Of a DNA stretch of 64,000 nucleotides, positions 51,701 to 64,000 are shown piece by piece (the stretch's first letter is position 1; every line of letters begins with the position of its first letter). The notes beneath the pieces are model-generated. The model saw nothing but the letters and a program-made list of their open reading frames with translations, searched no databases and had not been told where the DNA came from. A program made the position numbers and the translations under genes. The DNA is from Paraspadella gotoi (Eukaryota; Animalia; Chaetognatha), in assembly GCA_051294375.1 (NCBI GenBank), contig CM119264.1:28999930-29063929 (forward strand), given 5' to 3'.

Positions 51701-53844
51701 TTATACGAAGCTAATACTTTCTCGCTCGTCGTCATTGTTGTTGTTGTCGTTGTTGTTGTGGGCGAGGTCGCCATGAGCGTCGCTCTAGGATCCGTTAATG
51801 GCGCAACCCATCAAAAGAGAGAGAGAGAGAAAAGAAAANNNNNNNNNNNNNNNNNNNNNNNNNNNNNNNNNNNNNNNNNNNNNNNNNNNNNNNNNNNNNN
51901 NNNNNNNNNNNNNNNNNNNNNNNNNNNNNNNNNNNNNNNNNNNNNNNNNNNNNNNNNNNNNNNNNNNNNNNNNNNNNNNNNNNNNNNNNNNNNNNNNNNN
52001 NNNNNNNNNNNNNNNNNNNNNNNNNNNNNNNNNNNNNNNNNNNNNNNNNNNNNNNNNNNNNNNNNNNNNNNNNNNNNNNNNNNNNNNNNNNNNNNNNNNN
52101 NNNNNNNNNNNNNNNNNNNNNNNNNNNNNNNNNNNNNNNNNNNNNNNNNNNNNNNNNNNNNNNNNNNNNNNNNNNNNNNNNNNNNNNNNNNNNNNNNNNN
52201 NNNNNNNNNNNNNNNNNNNNNNNNNNNNNNNNNNNNNNNNNNNNNNNNNNNNNNNNNNNNNNNNNNNNNNNNNNNNNNNNNNNNNNNNNNNNNNNNNNNN
52301 NNNNNNNNNNNNNNNNNNNNNNNNNNNNNNNNNNNNNNNNNNNNNNNNNNNNNNNNNNNNNNNNNNNNNNNNNNNNNNNNNNNNNNNNNNNNNNNNNNNN
52401 NNNNNNNNNNNNGAGAGAGAGAGAGAGAGAGAGACGTTGATTTTTTCTCCCGGTTTTTGACCTTCAGGTGTCGTCGACGATACTTGGAATTCTTATTCTC
52501 TCTCGCCCACTTGGGTTGGCACCAGGCCAATACTTCTCTTCTCTTTTCTTTTCTTTTCTTTTCTTTTCTTTTCTTTTCTTTTCTTTTCTTTTCTTTTCTT
52601 TTCTTTTCTTTTCTTTTCTTTTCTTTTCTTTTTTTTATTTTATTTTCTTTTCTTCACTTTTTTCTTTTCTTTTCTTTTCTTTTCTTTTTTTCTTTCACTT
52701 CCTTTTTTTCTCTCTCCCAGCTTCCATCTCCGAACACCTGGTTTAGCCCCTCTAAGCTTTTCTGCTCCTCCTCCTCATCCTCCTCCTCCTCCTCCTCTTT
52801 CTCCTCCTCTTCTTCCCCTCAGCCTTTAACTCATTTCTTTTCGTCTTAACTTTTCAACGCATTGAATCTCAGACTTTTTTCTCTTTCAAAGTAGCCATTT
52901 GTCCGCGCAACCAACCACGAATCCTACCACTAATTCTATCACTAATCCTATCACTAATCCTACCACTAATCCTATCTCTAATCAACCACCAGCCAACCAC
53001 GAATCCTACCATCCTTTGTTTCATTATTACTTTAGTTCAAATTCATACTTACTTTTCTTGCTTAATTCAACATCACTTTGTCAATCTATCATCTCAACTC
53101 CATCAAATCATCAGTACTCCATCAAAACTCCGTCCCAACTCCATTTCAACTTTATTTAAACGAAATCATCACAACTANNNNNNNNNNNNNNNNNNNNNNN
53201 NNNNNNNNNNNNNNNNNNNNNNNNNNNNNNNNNNNNNNNNNNNNNNNNNNNNNNNNNNNNNNNNNNNNNNNNNNNNNNNNNNNNNNNNNNNNNNNNNNNN
53301 NNNNNNNNNNNNNNNNNNNNNNNNNNNNNNNNNNNNNNNNNNNNNNNNNNNNNNNNNNNNNNNNNNNNNNNNNNNNNNNNNNNTCTCTTTCTCTCAGTCT
53401 TTCTGCCTTCCAATGCATTCCCATTCTACCTTTTTTTTTCTCATTAAATGTAATAATGTCATATATTTTCAGTTTGACATAAACAACGAACAAAAATATT
53501 TAATTGAATCCACTGAAGTATTGATATCGTCTACATAAAACATTATTGTTAAAGGTATCCTGAGCTCTTATAAACGTAAATATAGCAGAATAAATTGAGG
53601 GGTCTTTATGTAATTGATATTGAGTTCCTTAGTCTCATTTATGTACATATTGTAAAATATATAAAAATAGTTAAAATTTTGCCATTCTATGACTGACAAC
53701 AAACCTCTTTTGGCCAATTTAAAAAACTCTTGTCTTTTCTCCATATTTTTTTTTATCCTCTTTCATTTTTTTCTCCCACTTCTCTCCTCTCTCCCTTCTC
53801 TTCCTCATCCCTCTCTCTCCCTTTCTCTCTCCCTCTCTCTCTCT

Positions 53845-54382
53845 CCCACTCGTTAACAAGTTTCTTTGGTCAGTTTCTCCCTGAAAGCCTCTCCTTCTCT
53901 CTCCCTCTCTCTTTCTCTCTCCCTCTCCTTAATAAGTTTCTTTGGTCATTTTCTTCCTGATAGCCTCTCCTTCTCTCTCCATCTCTCTCTCCCTCTCGTT
54001 AACGAGTTTCTTTGGTCAGTTTCTCCCTGAANNNNNNNNNNNNNNNNNNNNNNNNNNNNNNNNNNNNNNNNNNNNNNNNNNNNNNNNNNNNNNNNNNNNN
54101 NNNNNNNNNNNNNNNNNNNNNNNNNNNNNNNNNNNNNNNNNNNNNNNNNNNNNNNNNNNNNNNNNNNNNNNNNNNNNNNNNNNNNNNNNNNNNNNNNNNN
54201 NNNNNNNNNNNNNNNNNNNNNNNNNNNNNNNNNNNNNNNNNNNNNNNNNNNNNNNNNNNNNNNNNNNNNNNNNNNNNNNNNNNNNNNNNNNNTCGTTAAC
54301 AAGTTTCTTTGGTCAGTTTCTCCCTGAAAGCCGCTCCTTCTTTCTCCCTCTCTCTCTCCCTCTCGTTAACAAGTTTCTTTGG
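53845..54382. repeat. Tandem repeat of about 75 bp spanning gaps
   Basis: TCGTTAACAAGTTTCTTTGGTCAGTTTCTCCCTGAAAGCC recurs on both sides of N runs. Confidence 0.75.
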
Positions 54383-57300
54383 NNNNNNNNNNNNNNNNNN
54401 NNNNNNNNNNNNNNNNNNNNNNNNNNNNNNNNNNNNNNNNNNNNNNNNNNNNNNNNNNNNNNNNNNNNNNNNNNNNNNNNNNNNNNNNNNNNNNNNNNNN
54501 NNNNNNNNNNNNNNNNNNNNNNNNNNNNNNNNNNNNNNNNNNNNNNNNNNNNNNNNNNNNNNNNNNNNNNNNNNNNNNNNNNNNNNNNNNNNNNNNNNNN
54601 NNNNNNNNNNNNNNNNNNNNNNNNNNNNNNNNNNNNNNNNNNNNNNNGGGGGAGGGGGAGAAGTGAAAGAGGGAAAACAGAATTGCTTCTTTATATTCCT
54701 GACATTTTGCTTAAAGGCCGCAAAGGATGTCGCCGAATTCGGTGGGGGGAAAAAAGGAGGAAAGAAAAGAATTCATTCATTAATACAATTATTCATTCAC
54801 TCATTCATTCATTCATTCATTCATTCATTCATTCATTCATTCATTCATTCATTCAAAGATTGATTGATTTACTCATTCATTCATTCGTTCAAAAAAAAAT
54901 CTTTATTCTTTAGTTTAGTCCTATATTTTTTTATTCTTTCATTCAGAGAGAGCAAGAGAGAGAGACAGAGACAAAGAGAAAACCAAAAAAAAAATTATAT
55001 ATATCACGCTTTTTAAACCAGGAAAAACTACAAGAGAAACAAAAAGGCTATTTGATGGCAAAATGATAAAAAATGAAAAAAAAAAAAAATAAAAAAAGTT
55101 TCCGCAGGAGAAAGAAATTGAGATATCAGGTTTTCTATTCCATTTCCCCATTTCTGTTTCCCCATTTCCGTTTCCCCCATTTCCACTCACTCTTCCACAT
55201 CCCTGCACCCGACTCCTCCAACCACCCAATCCCACCTCGTCTATGTGGTGGAAGATTTCAGAAACAGCCCTCTGGAGGGAATGGATTCAACCACTAATCT
55301 ACAAAAGAAAAAAAAGGGACATTGGGGAACAGAGGCGGATCTGAGGGGGGAGAGAGAGAGAGAGGGGGAGAAGGGTGATAGAGAGAGGGAGAAGAGAGAG
55401 GAAGAGAGGGGAAGAAATGGGGGAGAGAGGGAGGGAAAGAAAGAAGAGAGAAAGGATAGAAGGAGAAGTGAACGAGGAAAGTGGAGGTCAAAGTTTCAGT
55501 CGTGAATCAGACTGTGGGGGTTGAGCTCTTAAATAATCAATTTTATAATCATAATTATATCAAACAATATCGAGCCTGGACCGGCTTTGCCGGCAGGCTC
55601 GATAAAACGTCTATACCCGTGACTTTTCTGTGATAATTGAATTGTAAAAAAAGCATTTAATATGTTATTACATAGTCAGATAGAAAATATACAAAATCAT
55701 GAATTGTAGAATATCTAACCCATTGATTCACAAAGATGGAAAAAGAGGATTTTAAAAAAAGAAAGAAAAGAAAAGAAAAGAAAAGAAAAGAAAAGAAAAG
55801 AAAGAAAAGAAAGGAAAAGAAAAGAAGTAAAAAGAGTTAACGTTTGACATTGATCGTAGTTTTTCTCTCGCTTTCGCCTTCAAACTGTCATCGCGGGAAA
55901 ACGAAAACCAGGAAAATTTGCCAGAAGCTTCAACCGAAAAGGGATCATTGTTGATTGTAGCTTTGACCAATCAGGATCATTTTTGACGGTAGCTTTCACC
56001 AATCGGGATCAATGTCGCCTTCTCTGTCTGCTTCCTATGACCACCGCCTCCGACCGCCATCTCCGACCACCGCCTCNNNNNNNNNNNNNNNNNNNNNNNN
56101 NNNNNNNNNNNNNNNNNNNNNNNNNNNNNNNNNNNNNNNNNNNNNNNNNNNNNNNNNNNNNNNNNNNNNNNNNNNNNNNNNNNNNNNNNNNNNNNNNNNN
56201 NNNNNNNNNNNNNNNNNNNNNNNNNNNNNNNNNNNNNNNNNNNNNNNNNNNNNNNNNNNNNNNNNNNNNNNNNNNNNNNNNNNNNNNNNNNNNNNNNNNN
56301 NNNNNNNNNNNNNNNNNNNNNNNNNNNNNNNNNNNNNNNNNNCGCCTCCGACCGCCATCTGCGACCGCCATCTCCGAAAACCGCCTCCGACTGCTGCATC
56401 GTTTTCACCTCAGAGTTCGCAGTTGTAGTCAGGCGGAAAAATGCAAAACGCGTTGGCCATAAAACGAGTCTCGGGGCACGAGAGGTATCGTCGTCGTCGT
56501 CGTCGTTTTTGTCGTCGTCATCAGCCTTGTCATTGTTGTCATCGTCGTAGTTTTCGTCGTCGTTATCGTCATCGTCGATATCGTCGTCTTTGTCGTTTTC
56601 GTCTTCATCGTCGTCTTCGTCATCATCAACTTTTGTCGATGTCGTCATCGTTGTCTTCTTTGTCCTCAACGACTTTGTCATTTTCGTCGTCGTCATCATC
56701 GACTTTTGTCGTCTTCGTCCTCAACAACTTTGTCATTTTCATTGTCGTCATCTTTCTCATCGACTTTTGTCCTCATCGTTGTCGTCTTCGTCCTAAAACA
56801 ACTGTCGTTTTCATCTTCGTCGTCATCGTCGTCTTCTTTATCATCGACTTCGGTCGTCGTCGTCATCGTTGTCTTCGTCCTCAACGACTTTGTCGTTGTC
56901 GTCGTCGTCATCGTCCTCAACATTTTTGTCGTCGTCGTCATCGTCGTAGTCTTCGTCCTCAACGAGTTTTTCGTCGTCGCTATCGTCGTCATCGTCGTCG
57001 AGTGCGAGGAGCGCGAGGGCAGCGAAAGTGTATTGCTGATGGAATGATACATCAAGGCGTCAGGATACAATAAAGGCTCACATCAAGAAAATTTCACTTA
57101 GCCTTCTCGATGTAGTTAATGCATCACCATCACAAGCGCTATTTCTTTTTGATTCAACCTCACAAACTCTCACGACCAAAGCGTTCACAAATTACTCTTG
57201 CTTTCCTTTTCTTTTGCCCTCTTCTCTTTTTCACAATTTTCTTTCACCTCTGATTCTTTTGTGCTCCAATACTTCACCCTTTCTCCATTTATTCACGTTC

Positions 57301-58969
57301 ACTCGCGAACTCCCGTCTGACTCGATCAAACTTTCACAGTCTCTCTCCTCACGAATCCTTCTTCTCTCCTCTTCATGCGAAGGTAAATCATTTTGCGTAA
57401 CGATCGCGACTCACGGAGTTGAAAGGTGAACGGTTTCGTTGGAGGCTGAATTAGAGAGAGAGAGAGGAGGTGAGATCGGAGGAAGAGTAGAACGGAGAGT
57501 AGTGAGAGTGATGAGATGAGAGATAGAGTGAAGACGGGAGAGAGTGAGAGATCAGAATGAGAAGACGAGAGAGAGATTCTCCCATGTAGAACATCTTCCC
57601 GAGTTTCGTCTTACGCGGGATTTTTCACTTTTTGCAAAACTTTGAATTTCTTACCTTCGGCGCCGTTCGATGTTGTTTACGAATTCTCACGTTAGCTTTT
57701 CAAATTGTGTTTCGGACACGCCACCTTACGCGCCCCCCTACAGCCCCCCTACCCCTCAACCCTCACATCAGGAAACACCATTAATAGAACTTTTCCGAGG
57801 TTGAGGGATATAAGCGGTAGACGGAGGGTGGGGGGGTTTGAAAAGCGGGAGAATCATCCCGTTGAAATTGGCTTCGCAGTTTTGAGGGAAAATGTGAAAA
57901 AACGCAGAGTTAACAGGCGCGAGTTCTTATTTCGTAACAGATTATCTGGGCGGCAGAGAGTAGGAGAGGAAGAGAGAGAGAGAGGGAGAGAGAGAGGAGA
58001 GAGAGAGAGAGAGAGAAGAATAAGGAGCGAGAGAGAGGAGATAGAGGGGGAGGAATTAGGGTGAGCGTTGGGAAAGGAGCATTAAGGGCTTAAGCGTAAG
58101 TATGGGCTAAATTGGGTAATGATAGGACTAAGACGAAAAGTACGCGATAATTGTTTTTTAGTTTTATTGTTTATAATTGAATATATCTGTCTCTCTGCTT
58201 TCTACTCTCTCTCTCTCTCTTTATCTCTCCTCGTGCTCTCTCCTCTCTTCTCTCTCTCTCTCTCTCTACTTCTCTCCTCTCTCCTTCTCTCTCTCTCTCT
58301 CTCTCGTCTCTCTCAAATTTTACCTAAAACCGAACAATACTGCAGCTTCAACTTGCGAAACTTCCGATCTTTGTTCAAAACAACAATAAAACTTTTCTTT
58401 CCCTTTCGTGATTTCTTTATTCCGTGCCCGCCTTTTGCCCCAAGTAGCATCATCAGCGTAGAATCCAGGCTTAGATGGAAGCCCTTGGACCCGATAGTGG
58501 ACATTGGAGCCACATGCGGCTGAACAGGCCCAGGCTAGAGAGGCCATAGGCGGCTGGAGTGACTGGAGAGCCGGTGTCTGACCAGCAGGCCAGTCGGGCC
58601 AGCCGGGGCAAAAGACGCTAGGCGAGGCCGCCGGGCCAAAGAGGGAGCTGGTAGGCTTGCCCGGGCCAGGGAGGCCAGGGACGGGGTTAGACAGGCCAGA
58701 AAAGGCCAGGAGCGGACGAGAGGAGTCTGATGTCTATCTGATTTCTCATGCCAATCTTACTTTCTTTTCAGGAAGAAGCCATTTTTCATTCTTCAACTCA
58801 GAATATTGTGTCTGACCCTGTTGATAAGTGGTTCAGTAATTAATGGTAAATTGGTTGGGGTCAGTGGTCAGAGATCGAGTGGTCAGTAAAATTAAATGGT
58901 AAATGGGTCTGTGGTCAGTGTTCAAGTCAGTAAATTAATGGTAATTGGGGTCATTGGTGAATCCTCCAT

Positions 58970-59470
58970 TCCCTGATCACTCTCCTCTCCCTCTTTCTCT
59001 TATCTACTTCCTCCTCGGCTGTCATCCCCCCTAATCACTTTCCTCCTTCTCGCCATCCCCCTATCAAGCTTCTTCCTTCCCTCACTTCCCTCTCACTTCT
59101 CTCCTCTCCCCTCCCCTATCACTTCTCCTCTCCAATATCACTTCCTCTTCTCATATCTCCTATCACTCCTGCTTCGCTTATCGCCCCTTATCACTTCCTT
59201 CCTAACCTCCTATCACTTCCTCCCTTCCCCTTCCCCAATAACTTCCTCCTCCTCTCATCCCCTAATCACTCCTCCTCTCCCCTCCCCCTATCACCTTCCT
59301 TCTCTCCCATCTCCCTATCACTTCCTGGGCTTCCTCATCCCCTTATCACTTCCTGCTCCCCTCAATCCTTTATCACTTCCTCCTTCTCCTTCCCTATCAT
59401 TTCCTCCCTCTACCATCCCCCGTACCACTTCGTCTCCTCATCCCTATCACTTCCTCCTCCCCTCCCCCTT
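58970..59470. repeat. Pyrimidine-rich tandem repeat of about 20 bp (CCCTATCACTTCCTCCTCTC)
   Basis: Recurrent TATCACTTCCT core with indel noise. Confidence 0.8.
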
Positions 59471-59562
59471 AGTGCACTNNNNNNNNNNNNNNNNNNNNNN
59501 NNNAGAAGTAAAAAAAAAAAAAAAAAAGAAAAAAAAAGAAAACAAAAAAAAAAAAACAAAAA

Positions 59563-60780
59563 AAAGACCGGAAAGGAAGAGGCGCCTTGAAGAAGGGATT
59601 GCTGGAAAAAGAGGAGGCCGGTAAGAAGACCGAAAGGAGGCCGGGAAGAGGCCGGGAAGAAGAACCGGAAAGGAGCCGAGAAGGAACCGGAAAGGAAGAA
59701 GGCGTGGAGAGGATGCTGGAAAATAAGGAGGCCGGAGAAGCGGAAGGACCGAGACCCGACAACAGGAGGCCGGTAAGAGGCAGGGGGGAAGACCGAGAAA
59801 GGAGGCCGAGAAGCAAGACCGGAAAGGAAAAGGCCGCGGAAGGAAGAGATGCTGGAAGAGGGAGGCCGGAAGAAGTACCGAAAGGAGGCCTGGGACGAAG
59901 AGGCCGGGATAAGACCGAAAGGAGGGCCGAGAAGGAAGCCGGAAGAAGGAGCTGGGAAGGAGGATGCTGGAAAAGAGGAGGCCGAAGAAGACCGGAAAGG
60001 AGGCCGGGAAGAGGCCGGGAAGAAGACCCGGAAGGAGGCCCGAGAAGGAAGCGGCGGAAGAAGAAGGATGCTGGAAAAGAGGAGCCCGAAGAAGACCGGA
60101 AAGATGAGGCCGGGAAGAGGCCGGGAAGAAGACCGGAAAGGAGGCGAGAAGGAAGCCGGGAAAGGAAAAGAGGCTGGGAAGGAGGATCTGGAAAAGAGGA
60201 GGCCGGAAGAAACCGAAAAGAGCAAGGCCGTAAGGCAGGGAGAAGACGAAAAGGAGGCGGGAAGAAGAAACCGGAAAGGAAAGGCCGGAAGAAGATGCTG
60301 GAAAAGAGGAGGCCCGGAGAGACCGGAAAGGAGGCGGTAAGGGCCGGAAGAAGACCGGAAAGGGAGGCCGAGAAGGAAGCCGGAAAGGGAAGAGGCTGGG
60401 AAGGAGGGAATGCTGGAAAAGAGGAGCCGGAAGAAGCACCGGAAAAGGAGGCCGGGAAGAGGCCGGGAAGAAGACCGAAGGAGCCGAGAAGGAAGCGGGA
60501 AGCGAGGAATGCTGGAAAAAGAGGAGGCCGGAAGAAGACCGGAATGGAGGCCAGAAATAAGGACCGGAAAGGAGGCCGGGTAAGAGGCCGGGAAGAAAGA
60601 TCGGAAAGGAGGCGAGAAGGAGCCGGAAAGGAAAATGAGCCGCGGAAGGAGGATGCTGGAAAAGAGGAGGCCGGTAAGAATACCGGAAAGGAGGCCGGGA
60701 AGAAGACCGGAAAGGAGGCCGGGAAGAAGACCGGAAAGGAGGCCGAGAAGGAAGCTGGAAAAGAGTAGGCCGGAAAGGAG
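59563..60780 (+). repeat. Purine-rich 12/24-bp higher-order tandem repeat
   Basis: Units GGAGGCCGGGAAGAAGACCGGAAA, with a periodic GATGCTGGAAAAG. Confidence 0.85.
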
Positions 60781-61554
60781 ACTCTCAGGGATCACTCTTT
60801 TCTCAGAAAAGCCTTTTCTCTGTCCAATAATCTTCGTCTTCCTTCTCAACCAAAATACGAGTCAAGCTTAATCTTTTCGCTTTTTCTCCGCACCAAGCAT
60901 TCTTGTATTACAACAACAACAACAACAAAACAACAACAATAACAACAACCAATACAACAACAGCAACAATAAAAACAACAGCAGCCGCATCAGCAGGAAC
61001 AACAACAGTAATGAAATATCTTCCTCATTTACCCCATTCTGTATCATAAATAAATATCATCCATCAAACTCATTAACCAATAAACCTGTTATTCTACATC
61101 ACCCCTTTTCCCCATCACCATTTTTCTATATCACCATTTTTCTCCATCACCATTTTTCTACATCACCCTTTTTTCCCATCAAGCAGCACACCCGTTTTGC
61201 ATCAACACCCGCTCTCCAACATCAAACCCCGTTCTCCATCAATCCCTTTTCCAAATCAATTCCATCTCCTTTTCTCCATCTCTTTCACTTCGACATGGGC
61301 GAGTCGCCGGGGCGAGCGGGGGGGCGAGGGGCGGCGGTGAAGTAGTGAGGCTCGTGATTCTCGTCGCTCCATTGGCTTCACGATCGGTGATTGGTCGATC
61401 TTGGTGGAAGTTGTGGCGTGCGACGGCGGCGGCAGCGGGGAGGCAGCGGCGTGGGCGCGGTGGCGGCGTCTGGGTGACATAAATGGGCGCCGATAGGCCG
61501 ACGCGACGAGCGGGTCTTCGAATCAACGCACGTTTTTCGAAGGTCCTTCACTCT

Positions 61555-61585
<31 letters not shown>

Positions 61586-62054
61586 GCTCTCCTCTCTCTC
61601 TACTCTCATTCTCTCTCCTCTCTCTCTCTCTCATTCTCTCTCTCATCTCTCGCCCCAACAAAATCGCAACAAACACTCGCCGGAGCTGATTTTCAGTCTC
61701 ATTCGTCGAGTTAGACTTTCATGAGTTTTGTCGTTGTCGTCGTCGTTGTTGTTGTTGTTATCGATTTCAACCCTTAAAGACTGAAAAGTTCCCCCTTTTT
61801 CCTATTTCTCCAAAAGTTCAAACAAAAGGCGTGACTCGATTTTTAAAATATACTTTTTTGTCCCATTTTACGAAGTGCACCGGGCCATTCCATGGCAGCA
61901 ACAATCCGTCCAATGTTCATTTAGCTCAATGACGTTCACCTCTTTCTGTGAACCTGTAATAATAACTTTACAACGTAAGTACTTTCATTACGTTAAAAAG
62001 AAAACGGAAAGAACTATCAAGATATTTGATATGAAACTGGTTAAAGCAGTATAA

Positions 62055-62585
62055 AATTATCCATTCATTTTATAAACAAGCTATCTTGCCTCCTAACTTT
62101 GGACAGATTAAGGTGGTTTAACTTAACTTAACTTAACTTAACTTTAAGACCCCCTTCCATTTGGAAAGCTTTCAAACGAGACTCGTTTACTTACTCCCAG
62201 AGATCCTAGCTTTCCTATCAATGAAGTGATAAAATGTTATAAGAACTGTTTCGATTGTAATATGAATGAAAATTTTTATTTCTGTTTTGTATTAAATTAA
62301 AAAATCTCTGTTCGTCAATCTCCTTCAAAACTCCTATGGGGTTGCCCGCCTGGGAGCCCGCCTGGGTGCCCGGCAGGGAGCCCGCCTGGCGCTCCGCCAT
62401 CGAATAGAGTCCTTTGGAAGCGAAGGTCAAAGGTTCAACTCCGAAACTTGTAGCGGCGCGATGAATCGTCCTCGCCGCGGTCGCCGGCGTCGTGACCGGA
62501 AAGAGTAATCGAGATCGAGGCGGAGAAAGAGATGATGGGCGTGGCTCTCTGGCGAAAAAAAAGGAAATTGAGCGAAGCAGTGACT
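62055..62585 (-). mobile_element. Family C copy with a GC-rich upstream segment and a short ORF (possible internally deleted LINE)
   Basis: The minus strand starts TCAGTC, continues with a GC-rich leader and ATG GCG GAG.. (MAERQAGSLPGTQAG..), then joins the family C 3' block. Confidence 0.35.
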
Positions 62586-63019
62586 GAATTTGTCCCATCG
62601 ACTGCTTGTCTATCTTTCTGTCTGTCCGTCGGACTGTCTGTCGTTCCTCAGCAAATTAATACATGAATAAGGTAAGAATAAAAAGTAAAATTCGTTACGA
62701 AAAAAGTTTCTATCGTCTAAATCACTGGTTTTGGGAAATCCAATGAGAAACGAGAAAGATGAATCTCCTCCAATTAGAAAGAGGCAAGGATGAGGAGGAG
62801 GAGGGGGAGGAGGAGAAGGAGGAGGAGGAGGAGGGTGAATCAGGAAATAGTTTTGTTGGAGACAAATTCAAGTTGAGACAAATCCTTATATTTTGAATTT
62901 AATTTTATGACAAAAAAGTATATAAAACAAAATACAGTACAGTTCCAAGTTGGGAAAACCCTTGTAGTCGGGCATTGCCTAAGGTTCACCCCGCCTATAA
63001 GCATGACACCTTCAGTCCT

Positions 63020-63092
63020 GACCCGGTGGCTCATTGAGTAAAGCCATCAGCTCATGACCACTCAGGTACCGGTTCAATCCCAACCCGGTACC
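63020..63092 (+). promoter_or_regulatory. tRNA-like segment with Pol III A and B boxes inside the family B LTR
   Basis: TGGCTCATTGA (A-box-like, 63027-63037), an anticodon-loop-like CTCATGA, and GGTTCAATCCC (B-box-like, 63071-63081). The segment recurs in the other full LTR copies. Confidence 0.6.
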
Positions 63093-63481
63093 TATCCTGT
63101 GGGAAGCGTGAGGACGGCCGTAAGCCTTTGGGGGCGTGGCAACCCTCAAGCCTGGTTCCAAGCCAGGACCCGTTCCATTGCTACTAAAGGGGGTTTATAG
63201 AAGTTACGGATAGTCATCTTCAGCCACTTAGCGCCTTATCCACACTGGTGAGCCCATCCTGTCGAGCGTATTCCAACTTTCTGATTCCAGGCCATGGACG
63301 TGCTGAAGATTGCTCCCCTCCTCCGGGTTACATCTGGGGGGCATGTATCGGGCATTGCCTAGGTTCACTCCGCTATAAGGCATGACACCTTCAGTCCTGA
63401 CTGCCGGTGGCTCATTGAGTAAAGCCATCAGCTCATGACCACTAGATACCGGGCTTCAATCCCAACTCCGATACCTACCCT

Positions 63482-63561
63482 GTGGGAAGCGTGAGGACGG
63501 CCGTAAGCCGACCTTGGGGGCGTGGCAAACCCTCAAGCCTGGTTCCAAGCCCAGGACCCGT
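63482..63561 (+). ncRNA. Twister-like (type P5) module in the 3' LTR of family B; a second copy at 63099-63173
   Basis: GUGGG AA GCGU GAGGA CGGCCG UAA GCC GAC [CUUGGGGG..CCCUCAAG] G [CCUGG UUCCAAGC CCAGG] A CCCGU. T1 is UCC/GGA. P2 and T2 are imperfect in this copy. Confidence 0.5.
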
Positions 63562-64000
63562 TCCATTGCTACTAAAGGGGGTTATAGAAGTTACGGATAG
63601 TCATCTTCCAGCCACTTAGCGCCTTATTCCACACCCTTGGATTTTAAGATATATTTAATTAATTTTAAACAAAGCAGTATTTTAAACATAACTGTGACTT
63701 AACAGCTCAAATACCAAAAAAAAATTCAATCTCCCAACCGATTTTGACCCTCGAACAAAAAAAAAAAAAGAAAAAAAGAAAAAAAAAGGGAAAAAAGAAA
63801 AACCTTGAAAAATGGGCGTAAAAGGAGGAGGAGGAGGAGAAGGAGGAGGAGGAGGAAGGAGGGATTTCGGGTAATCTTTCGGAGGTGGACATTTTGTTTG
63901 CAGGTCAACCGTGAAATCGGCCCACGGACAAGATCCATCCAGGATGCGAGATTAAAGACAAGCTTGGGATCTCGCGGGATTTGGGAGGGATTCGTGGCGG

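Larger units (their letters stand above)
62963..63633 (+). mobile_element. TRIM-like non-autonomous LTR retroelement, family B (candidate LTR retrozyme), both LTRs full length
   Basis: 5' LTR 62963-63244 and 3' LTR 63344-63633, both TGTA...CCACA. The 99-bp internal region starts c-TGGTGAGCCC (PBS) and ends TGGGGGGCA (PPT). TSD CCCT at 62959-62962 and 63634-63637. No coding capacity. Confidence 0.88.

Noticed and set aside
58440-58735. GC-rich, possibly coding coiled-coil exon
   Set aside because: No continuous frame in noisy sequence; cannot be supported.
63020-63092. Functional tRNA-Met gene
   Set aside because: The acceptor and T stems do not form a canonical cloverleaf, and the segment is embedded in an LTR.

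Overview
Eukaryotic (animal, probably invertebrate) AT-rich genomic scaffold full of (GA)n, (GTC)n and (TTTC)n microsatellites, N gaps and indel-rich stretches that look like uncorrected long-read gap fill. Almost all listed ORFs are low-complexity artefacts. One spliced gene can be reconstructed: a minus-strand DOMON + cytochrome b561 ferric-chelate reductase (FRRS1/SDR2-like), 9 exons, about 450 aa, 9610-14674. Positions 14000-27660 are repeated at 27686-39790, most likely an assembly artefact. The main discovery is two different families of small non-coding LTR elements with the same internal layout: Pol III A/B-box-like motifs followed by a circularly permuted (type P5) twister ribozyme. 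A 255-bp solo LTR in intron 2 of the gene carries a near-complete twister core (13901-13981, minus strand). A TRIM-like family (62963-63633, 22430-22998, plus a duplicate and a relic) has TG..CA LTRs, a PBS, a PPT, a 4-bp TSD and a less perfect twister-like module. Together these suggest twister-based LTR retrozymes in an animal genome. All RNA folds were assigned by eye; activity and novelty are untested.
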